Source: Lytechinus pictus (Eukaryota). From it: a DNA stretch of 64,000 nt. The stretch covers positions 17,362,001 to 17,426,000 of the forward strand of contig NC_087251.1 in assembly GCF_037042905.1 (NCBI RefSeq), in the 5' to 3' direction. Under the pieces are notes generated by a model that was not told where the DNA came from, did not search any database, and worked only from the letters and a program-made list of their open reading frames with translations. This document shows, one piece after another, positions 54,364 through 64,000 of the stretch. Position 1 is the first letter of the stretch; the number at the start of each line of letters is the position of its first letter. A program made the translations under genes and the position numbers.

Positions 54364-54876
54364 CCCGGGGGGGGCACTCAGTATATAATGCATAGTGGGT
54401 ATGTGCCGCGGAGGGGACCCCCATTTTTACACTCAAATTTCCGTTCCGAGGCATAGCATTTTTGTCTTATTGAGAAAAAGAACATAGAAAGCCGCTCCAG
54501 AGCATAGCATTTTCTTCTTCTCGAGATAAAAAGAAGAAAAAAAAATCCACTCCAGGGCTTCGCATATTTTCCGTTACGCCGTTCCGGTCGCAATTTTGGT
54601 GAAAAGCGGCCGCAGTTCGCTGTCCGACCATCGCCTCTCCGCTAGCGCGCCCGTCAGTCGTGCCGCCGGGCTAGCTGCATGTACGTTCCATAGGGATGCA
54701 TACGCACTCGCACACAGGCGACCCGTTCCAAGGACCCCCGTTTTCACAAACATTTGTAGTTCCAAAGCTCGTTCCGAGGACCCTCCTTTTTACAATGAGC
54801 CCGCTCCAAGGCCCCCGTTTTTTGTCTCGCCCGCGGCACACCCCTACCACTTTTTTGGTCGAGTGCCCCCCCCGGG
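54364..54876. mobile_element. GC-rich MITE with CCCGGG termini
   Basis: CCCGGGGGGGGCACTC / GAGTGCCCCCCCCGGG; perfect 8-bp TSD TTTGGGAC. Confidence 0.85.
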
Positions 54877-55067
54877 TTTGGGACCTACATAACTCAGCTT
54901 CGTGACTATAGACCTAATAGACCATAAATGAAATTTATTGGAAGAACGGGTATTATGGTTATGAACTTGATTATTGCATTGAAAAAGATCTGAAAACTAC
55001 ATGGGTAACAACTACCTCTTCTTGAACTTATAGATAAATATTGTCACGGTGAGTTCTCGCTTATTAA

Positions 55068-55664
55068 AGGGGAATCCAGCCTTGGCCATAAAATGTTGTG
55101 TTGGGAAGGAGAAAAATAAATTAAACAGAATGGTGAAAGTTTGAAAGAAATCGGACAAGCAATAATAAAGTTATAGCTGCTTTAAAATTGAGATCACTAA
55201 TACTATGTAGATTTCAAATTGGCAACTAGGTAAGTAAATTATGACAAGGGGCAAGGACAACTTTCCCATAGGCCATGTATTTTATTATCAGGGATTTGTG
55301 GTTTTCTCCTAAGTACCCATTCCCCTGGGGCAGTAATCTAAATATAACCCAGGTAGTATATTGTTTTATGCCCTCATGAAAGAAAAATATAATTTGAAAT
55401 AAAACTTTTGGGAAAAATGACATTTTAGTCATAATATGTATTGGAGTACATGGAAGAGTAGTCCTTGCCTTACATCACTATGACATCCCATATGCGGCCA
55501 ATTTGAAGTCTCCATGGGTATAGTGATTGCCAATATTTTCAACTTTTAAAAATTCATAACTTTCTTGTTGTTTGTCCAATATTGTTCAAACTTTCACCTA
55601 TCAACTTGTCTGATTTTTATTTTCCTTATAAAAACAAGTTTTTATTTGCCGGTTGGATTCCCCT
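55068..55664. mobile_element. Kolobok-like MITE family B
   Basis: TTAA-AGGGGAATCCA...TGGATTCCCCT-TTAA. Confidence 0.8.
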
Positions 55665-57729
55665 TTAAATAAAGGTGCGGATGGTGCTATTAGAATAGGT
55701 AATTATTCTTAAACATTTCTTTTGAATATTGAGTCCAATTCATATGAGGTTACATTGGTATTGCAATATTTTAAATAAGAGAAAATCATGGAATGGTATC
55801 AAGTTGTCAGATTTTTATGAAGCAAACTAAGCTTAAGTTTGTAAATTAAACCAGTATTCCTTAAAACATTTATCATATGGTACTTAAAACCCAAAATATC
55901 AAACTCAAAAACACCATTCTCATAAAATTCAGAACTTAAATATTAAATATGATAGTTTACAAAATGAAAATCTTAAATTTCACGATTGTAAGTTTGTAAA
56001 CTATCATACTTTTAATCAAACAGGATAGCTATGTTTTATTTTGTTCCTGTTTGGAATTAACTTCTAACCATAGTTTCTTGATTGGACCTTGTATTTGTAG
56101 TCACTTCTCCATGCTACTGTATTCAACCTGTTTAACTGTTATGTTAGCTCAGTTTGATATTAATTAGCCTTAATTAGCCTTGTGTAAGTTGTCATGCCCA
56201 GCAACATTCGTTCACCTTTGTATTAAAAGTGTTTTTATGCCAGCCATAATGTATGTGATAATCAGGTACTTTCAAACTCAAAAGTATGCTGAATGAAAAT
56301 GTTGGCAATTTTTTTATATAAACCTAAATCGGATCTATTTGATTTAAATCAGATTTTTTAAAATTTCAATCTGATTTTTTCTAACAAATTTTTTTTAACA
56401 AAGTGCAAACACCCAAAATATAACCCTTCACACTGACATCAATTTTAAAATTATGCATTTCACCACCAAAATTATTCTTAACTATTTCATAATCAAATCC
56501 AGTCAAAATATAATTTATAGAAAATATTAAAGCCATAAAGAAGCTGACATTTTCTGCTGTGTCTAAAGTACATGTAGAGAGCTTCTACTTATTGGTTCAA
56601 AGTAACTGTCTTGGTACAGCTAATGCTGCAAACATGCAAAGTTGGTGCTCATTTTCAAAGCTCTTGGTATTTAATGAGGATCAGTTTATTTGGAAGAATT
56701 CCATGACTCAGAGATTCAAGTTCTCCAAAGAGATATATTTTTTAATTTTTATTTTCAGGTCAAGGATTGAAGATCATACATGTTAAAGAAAACTGCATTT
56801 ATCTTTTGTTTGTTTCAACCCCAAGTTGTTCTTTGAGCCACAGTTGGAACGACTGTTTCAAAGCATTGTCTTTCAATTGTCGACTGCATTTATTTTTGTT
56901 TGTATCAACCTTAAAGGAATGGACCGGGCTGAAAATATTCAGATCTAAATAAATAGAGTAAAATGATGAAAATTTCACCAAAATTGGATGACAAATAACA
57001 AAGTTATTGTATTTTAAAGTTTATCAGTATTTTGTGAAAACAGTTATATTTACATCGTCATGAATGTTCATTTGGTGGGTTGATGATGTCACATCCCCTC
57101 TCTCCTTTGTACTCAATTCAAAATATTCACTTAAAAATGTACAAACATAAATCATTTTGGCAAAGGGCACTAAAATGTATAGTTGTTATGATTTAGTCAT
57201 GTTAGTGCCCTTTGCCAAGAACATTCATACATATTTTAAAATAAATGTACATGTACTTAATTACTGAACCTTTTTCAGTGAACTGGCTGAATGAAGCACA
57301 ATCCTACTCAGAATGTCTGAACAGGCTTTTTCTAGTATAGGATCCATGGTTATAACCCATCCTGGCAAAAATCTATCATGTTGAGATTCAGCCTAATAAG
57401 TTCAGAGTTCCTTTACTTTCTTGAAAACTGCCCTCTAAAACACTTTTGAATTTTGACATAAAGAAACAAGAAATTTGTTTTACTATTATACATACAAGTT
57501 GAGTAGGGGTCGCATATAATGTAGGCTACATGTTCATCTTTGGTTTTGCAAGATTGACTTGATTTCATTGATTTGATTTCAATTGTTCTGAGTAGATATG
57601 AAGGATTTATTCCTGTTCTCATGATATAAAGTTGGTAAAATCTTTCTCTTTTTAATTTAAAAAGTAAAACTGCCACAAACAATAAAAAATCCCAAATAAT
57701 TTGTACATGTTTCAATGGAAGTGATTTAA

Positions 57730-58489
57730 AGGAAAAGTCATGCACCCCAACAAAAAGCTGCTTTGAATAGTAAGAGAAAATCAGACAAGCATAACGCTGA
57801 AAATTTCATCAAAATCCGATCTAAAAGAAGAAAGTAATGACGTTTAAAATTTTTGCTTAATTTCACAAAACCGTGGTTATATGCAAATCCTTGTCGGTAT
57901 GCAAATTAGGGCGATGACATCACTCATTTTTTTTTGTATTTTATTATGTGAAATATGAAATATTTTTATGAAAAAAAATCATTCCTCCCTGACCATGTGG
58001 GATTACATTGTTTTAACATTTTGTAGTTCAAACAAGAGGGTCCTATTTGTTAAATTCGTAAAAATTGAAATGTTGTATAATTCAAACAGTAAAAATGCAA
58101 AAGCAATAGTGAGTGAGTGACATCATCGACTCTCTAATTTTCATATCACTGAATTGTCATTATAATAACTGGGGGCCGTTTCATAAAGCTGTTCACAAGT
58201 TAAGAGCGACTTAAAGAACGACTGGTGAACACTTCTTACGCGATAAACCATCGCCAATGTATATACAATTTACCACAAGAAAGGATCTCAAATCGTTCTT
58301 AAAGTCGCTCTTAACTTACGAACAGCTTTATAAAACACCCATCTGTTTTGTGAAAAATAAGCAAAACTTTAAAATGTTATCATAAACTATTTTACATCCG
58401 ATTTTTATGTAGTTTCCAGCGTTATTCTTGTTTGATTTTTCTCTATGTTTATCCAATTAAACTCTTTTTTTCTGGGGTGGATATGACCT
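57730..58489. mobile_element. Kolobok-like MITE family A with a nested Harbinger-like MITE (58172-58342)
   Basis: TTAA flanks. The inner element GGGGCCGTTTCATAAAGCTGTT...AACAGCTTTATAAAACACCC is flanked by CTG; a relative is at ~26695-26870. Confidence 0.8.
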
Positions 58490-58855
58490 TTAAATCAATG
58501 ATTTGAAAAAAATGATCACAGTGATTTAAATCGCGATTTAAATCTCGATTAAAATCAACGTGATTTAAATCAGCCAATCCTGCTGAATGAACTGAATATG
58601 AAAACAATTAGCTTTGTCAACACATGCAATGTCGATGCCAAAGATGTGAAAGTTGCATATTGGTATGCCCGGGAGCTATATGCCTTGATGCTTTACTCAT
58701 TAGTGCAAACTGCTTACATGTACTATGCCCCATTGCTTTGAAGGATAATTATTTTGTTTCAAAATATTAATTTGTTGGATTTGAATTGTGGAAAGTAGGT
58801 AATTTTTTTTTGTTGTCTGTTAAATATGTGCTTACCAGTTATATTGGCTGTAGTG

Positions 58856-59151
58856 CACTAGCGTACCTACGGGGGGGGGGGGCAATCTGCCCCCCCCCCC
58901 TGACGAGCCACAACCCATACAAAAGACATATCCCTGCCCCCCCCCCCTGACGAGCTTGAAAGACCTTTATTGCCCCCCCCCCCCCGGACAAACTTGAAGG
59001 CCTTTTTCTTTTTTTTTGCATGTCAATATTTTTTCTGGTACGAAAACCTTTATTTTCGATTGAGGACCTTTTCTTTCTTTTTTTTTTTGCTTGTCAAATT
59101 TTTTGGCGGGCAAATTTTCCCCTCCTGTGGAAAATCCTAGGTACGCCACTG
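58856..59151. mobile_element. hAT-like MITE (family of 21603-21926)
   Basis: CACTAGCGTACCTA...TAGGTACGCCACTG; TSD CTGTAGTG/TTGTAGTG. Confidence 0.78.
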
Positions 59152-59809
59152 TTGTAGTGTATGCTACTTCTTCTAAAAAAAATGCATTTCATAGGCGGAT
59201 CCAGGGTGGGCCCGGGGTGTCCGGTGTGATGATGAACAGTGTATATTACAGGGGCCGTGGAAATGGTTTTCAAAGTAGGGGGGGGGGGGCTGATGACGCA
59301 AAAAATCACAATCATATGGTCATTTTTACGATTATGTACACGGCTTTGAAAGTGGGGTCACCCCCCCCCCCCGCTTCCGCGGCCCCTGTATTTTATGTGC
59401 AATGGGGATGTCTGAATCTCATCTGTAAATGAAATATATATAATTTATCTTTATTTGATATTAGCCATAAAACAAAACATCAAAACATTCACAATAGGCT
59501 TAATGAAGAAGGAAACATTGAAGTCGAAAGAATAGAATTATAAAGAAAATGTGAAACTAAATGCTAATGGCAGGGCAAACAAAACTTAATTTATTAAGAT
59601 GTAAGAAGAAGGAACGGAAAAGAAGAAAAGAGACAAAGAGAAAGAGAAAGAAAAGATAACAAGAAGGAAAGGAAGGGGAAGAAATAAAGAGGGTATAAGA
59701 AAGGAGAACAAGTCATATCTTATGTGAGTAGTACATAAGGTTAATGTTGCACGCTAAAATTTCATATAATTTCTTATTTTGTACTTTAGAAAACGGTTTG
59801 GTTCATTAA

Positions 59810-60401
59810 AGGTCAAGTCTACCTCAGAAAAATGTTGATTTGAATCAATAGAGAAAGATCAGACAAGCACAATGCTGAAAATTTCATCAAAATCGGATGT
59901 AAAATAAGAAAGTTATGACATTTCCAAGTTTCGCTTATTTTTAACAAAATAGTTATATGAACGAGCCAGTTACATCCAAATGAGAGAGTCGATGATGTCA
60001 CTCACTCAATATTTCTTTTGTTTTTTTATTGTTCGAATTACACAATATTTCAATTTTTACGAATTTGATGATTAGGACCTCTTTGCCTGAAGCATAAAAT
60101 GTTAAACGTGTTCAGGGAGGAATGAAACTTCATTTCACCATGACAATGACAAGAAAATAAAAATATTTCACATTTCATATAATAAAATACAAAAGAAATA
60201 GTGAGTGAGTGATGTCATCAGTTCCCTCATTTGCATACCGACCGAGATGTGCATATCAAACTGTTTTGTGAAATGAAGCGAAACTTTTAAATGTCATAAC
60301 TTTCTTATTTTACATCCGATTTTGATGAAATTTTCAGTGTTATGCTTGTTGAATTTTTCTCTTTTTATTCAAATCAAGTTTTGTTGGGGTGGACTTGTCC
60401 T
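59810..60401. mobile_element. Kolobok-like MITE family A
   Basis: TTAA TSD; reverse complement of 24108-24711. Confidence 0.88.
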
Positions 60402-60479
60402 TTAATCAATCAGTTCCATTATATTGTAGAAATGATAAAGATACACGTAGGATGATAATAACATTAAAAAAAACAGGAC

Positions 60480-60822
60480 ATTGGAGGAAAGGAAGAAGAA
60501 TGAGAGAGCAAATGAAATAAAAATGAAAAATAAAATTAGAAAAAATAAGAAAGGAGGAGGAAGGGAAAGAATGAAAGAAAGAAAGAGAGAGAGAGAGAAA
60601 GAGATAAAAATGAAAAAAAAGGAAGGAAAAAATGAATGAATGAAAGAAAGAAAAAGGAAGAAAGGAAAGGAAAGAAAGGAAGATATAAAGAGAAAAAGAA
60701 GAGAGAAAAAAGAAAGAAAACAAAAGAGAAGAAAAGAGGAAAAGAAAAAAAAATCAAGAAGAATGAAAAGAGGAAAAAAGAAAAAAAAGGAAAGAAAGGA
60801 AGAGAAAGAAAGAAAAAGACAA
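60480..60822 (+). repeat. Low-complexity polypurine (GAAA-rich) tract
   Basis: Almost exclusively A/G; source of the spurious K/E/R and F/S/L ORFs. Confidence 0.9.
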
Positions 60823-61379
60823 GGTTTATTCCATGTCACTTATAAAAGACCCGGGGGGGGGGGGGTGATCAGGGCATCTTCTACACATTCATATACTGTA
60901 TTAGTTCCATACACGTTCCTTGCTGTAACAAAAAATGTTTCAAAATATGCCCTATGCTATTATAACCATGAGCTATTACAGACTTTGGTATCATCATGGA
61001 CCTATCATCCAAACCATTCCATCTCCTGACTACTCAAGTACATTCATATACGTATCTATGCATGTATATGGATCCTATGTGTATGTAGCAAGCCCCAAAA
61101 GTGAAAGAGGAGTATACCCTATTTGTTTAGATTCCACAAGATAAGAAATGGTCAGAACAGCTGGATCCTAATCCCTCTCTTGCCCCTACTTCCACAAATC
61201 TGCTGTCAATCATGGTATCTACTGGCAACGGAGGGTTTCAGCAAGCTCCGCCTTGTGTACACGTTTCGTGTACATTGGTCAAACATGTTGTAGACCCAGA
61301 TCTGCAGGCTCTAGTAGACCTAGTCTGCTATGCAGACTCCTTGAATCAGCTGTGATACACACACTGCAGATGTGGGTCT

Positions 61380-61706
61380 ACAGTTGTAGACTAAGCTAGC
61401 CCGGCGCCATCCACTCCAGCGCCACTGCACTGCACTTGCTCGGTGGATGGATCATGGAGAGCTCTGCGACCGCTAGCTCGTGCATAGCGCATGCGGGAGA
61501 AGATTTTCGAGATATTCGTGCGCGGTGTCTATGGCCTGAAGCCCATGCCCAATCGTGCCCAATGCATGAGCTGCGCGTGCGTGCGTACGACGTACGTACC
61601 GGGAAATTTGAAAAATAAATGCAAGCAAACGCAACGGAATTTTTGGCGTCCACATTGCTGAAAATATCTAGTTTCGACTGCAAGTTTAAGCTGAAAATAT
61701 CTTAAG
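61380..61706 (+). promoter_or_regulatory. CpG-rich BUB1B promoter with cell-cycle motifs
   Basis: GCGCATGCG (NRF1-like, ~61487), two CCAAT boxes (~61549, ~61559), CGGGAAA (E2F-like, 61600-61606) abutting TTTGAA (CHR, 61607-61612), and TTTTGGCG at ~61641. Confidence 0.6.
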
Positions 61707-61861
61707 ATGGAGCGAGACAACGAATCGAAGTCTACCGATGAATGGGAACTGAGTAAAGAGAATGTTCTGCCTTTGAAACAAGGTCGAAAAATGACGAATC
61801 TCACGGCTGCTCTTCAGCCACAAAACTTTGATCGGCAGCAGCAGCTGATTTTGCAGAGACA
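61707..61861 (+). CDS. BUB1B: First coding exon of mitotic checkpoint protein BUB1B/BubR1 (MadBub-type); gene continues past the window
   Basis: ATG 61707 to CA|GTAAGT encodes MERDNESKSTDEWELSKENVLPLKQGRKMTNLTAALQPQNFDRQQQLILQR. WELSKENV.PL.QGR is the N-terminal KEN-box motif of Mad3/BubR1/MadBub. Confidence 0.9.
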
Positions 61862-62233
61862 GTAAGTATGAAGGGGGAGGGGGTAAGCTAAGGAGGGGGT
61901 CTCATCATGTCTGTGTCTTTAGATTAATCTCGACATGAATTTCTGGCGCTAATGCAGTTTCGCCCCGGCCAACTTCGAGCAAATTTCCCCACCAGCTGAC
62001 CAGAAATTGTTCACAAATGTCCCCAAACTAGGCACAAGCTCACGGCGGGATTTTCGTTTAACTAAGTCTAGACATGTCATGAGTTTTGACTTTTGTGATA
62101 TTTTCTTCTTGGTTAAAAGTCGATCATTCGAAACTTTTTTACCACAAATTTGTGAAAGATGATTTGTTAAGAACTTAAGATACTAAAATTGGCATAGTTT
62201 TTATTGTTTGTAAACAAAGTGCATAGCTTTAGT

Positions 62234-62688
62234 CAGTAGAGGCGCACGGCCAATATTGGAGACTGTCTCCAATGTGGGAGATTATCTCCAATATCAGAGA
62301 CTTTTGTAAAGAATTTGGGTATCCAATTTCAGAGACAGTCTCCAGTTTTGGAGACCAATTTCCTTTGTTTACATTTGCTGCAAAAGGATTACCTTGGCGG
62401 CAAATAAAAATGTGATAAGCAGATTCCTCATGAAAAATTACCCCTTTTCACCGTCTACTTTAAAATTTCACCGTCTACTTTTGTTTTGATAAGGTCTTAA
62501 GGATTTTTGTTGTCAATCACACACAAAACAAATGGGCTTCTAAGCTCAGTGAGACAAAATTTTGGGTGGAAAAAATCATGCTTTTGTTGGTGTTGTTTCT
62601 TTTGTCCTTTTGCAAAGCAAGTCTCCAATGTGGGAGATTGTCTCCCCTATTGGAGAGAGTCTCCCATATTGGCCGTGCGCCTCTACTG
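62234..62688. mobile_element. MITE in BUB1B intron 1
   Basis: Perfect 22-bp TIR CAGTAGAGGCGCACGGCCAATA; internal TCTCCAAT/TGGGAGA repeats; TTAGT on both flanks. Confidence 0.8.
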
Positions 62689-62739
62689 TTAGTTTAGGTC
62701 CCCCCATCATAAAACAAAGGACTTAGGGCTTTGACAATT

Positions 62740-63725
62740 GGCAGAAACAAAAGGAAGAGAAAATCAAGAACGTGGCGTGTGAAGCTCGGATTAAAAAATG
62801 TTAATCCCAATAAATTATGGAATTATGTCGGTTACAAGATGAAAGTTAAGCCCGAGATACCCCAGCTTCTCACAGATTCTGAGCATGGGCCAACTCTCAC
62901 TCTCAGTATGAAAGTGTGAATGACCATGAGAAGGCTGAAGCATTGTTAAATCATTTCTCAAGTGTTTTTACAAATGAACCGGTAGGAGATGCTCCTATTC
63001 CATCTGACCGTGTGGTCACTTTGATGCTTGAATGCCATGGTTAAAAAAAGTTGCTTCGGTTAGATATTTCCAAGTCTCCGGGCCTAGATGATTTCCATGC
63101 ATATGTTCTTTAATCACTAGCTTCTTCTTTACTCCTTAGCTAAGCAGCTTTGTCTGAGCATTTTTTACATGTAGCTAAGCAGCTTTGTCTGAGCATTTTT
63201 TACATGTACTGTACATGTAAAAAATGCTCAGACAAAGCTGCTTAGCTAAGGAGTAAAGAAGAAGCTAGTGATTAAAGAACATATGCATGGAAATCATCTA
63301 GGCCCGGAGATGTACAACACATCAACTAGATTGGGTGTTCTTCCCACAGTATGGAAGAAGGCTCATATTTCAGCTGTTTTTAAGAGCGGTGACAAAGCTT
63401 TGCCTAATAACTACCAGCCTAACTTTATAAGTCTAGATCTAACTCGTATTCTTTGTAAAGTACAAGTTGAGTCTCCTCCCAGGTCATATCATAATTTAAA
63501 GAAAGTTAATGTTGTCTATAATCTAGAGCATGTTGATACAATGAAGGATCTGGGCATAGATCTAGATGGTGGACTTTCAATGCCCACATACAAAAAATTG
63601 TGTCAAAAGCGAACAGGCTAGCAGGTTTGGTAAGGAGGTCATTTGTGTTTTTGGATGAAGATATGTTTAAGAGACTTTTTAAGGCTTTTGTTCGGCCTCA
63701 TCTGGTCATGCTGTTTGGAATCCTA
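62740..63725 (+). mobile_element. Degenerate, internally deleted CR1-like LINE ORF2 remnant
   Basis: NPNKLWNYV, EKAEALLNHFSSVFT, LDISKSPGLD, LPTVWKKAHISAVFKSGDKALPNNYQP, KDLGI, LVRRSF..LFKAFVRPHL, with frameshifts. Confidence 0.8.
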
Positions 63726-64000
63726 ACCCTAACCCAGGGACAAGAAAAAAAAATAGGGTTATCACCACAAATGTAATGTTATTTCGACCAAATAAATTTG
63801 ACAAGCAAAAAAGGGGGGGGGGGGAGTTATCACCGAAAAAGTAAAGTCATCTCGTCCAAAATAATATTTTATTTCGATTTTGAATGATGTATTTCTTTCC
63901 ATCATAAAATACCAAAAATAGTAGGGGGGACATTTGATATTGTGTCCCCCCTACATTTCTGGGTAGGGAGGACGCGTCCCCCCCCCCCCCTGGGATTTCT

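Noticed and set aside
60402..61029. Long F/S/L- or K/E/R-rich ORFs
   Set aside because: Low-complexity purine tract.
1..64000. tRNA, rRNA or snRNA genes
   Set aside because: None recognised by eye; a covariance-model scan was not possible.

Overview
This is AT-rich, intron-rich animal genomic DNA. The gene set and repeat families suggest an echinoderm such as a sea urchin (inference). Four spliced protein-coding genes can be rebuilt by eye. (1) The 3' 23 exons of a CatSper-epsilon-like gene (+, 779-16177, about 834 aa in the window, one probable GC-AG intron). (2) A 59-aa ATP synthase subunit j / 6.8PL (ATP5MJ-like) microprotein gene (+, 25185-28908) that the ORF track does not recover as a spliced CDS. 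(3) MBIP (-, 37680-33134, 311 aa). (4) The first coding exon of a BUB1B/MadBub gene (+, 61707-61861) behind a CHR/E2F-type promoter. The rest is a dense, nested set of non-autonomous transposons: Kolobok-, piggyBac-, hAT-, Harbinger- and Tc1/pogo-like MITEs, Helentron-like tandem-repeat elements and LINE remnants. The most notable structure is a 13,058-bp CCC...GGG element (38565-51622) with 24-bp TIRs, a 2-bp TSD and TTACCACA subterminal arrays. It splits an older repeat upstream of MBIP and carries an NRF1-type promoter plus a chain of spliceable, apparently non-coding exons oriented toward MBIP. No database searches were run; family names rest on recalled motifs and terminus/TSD rules.
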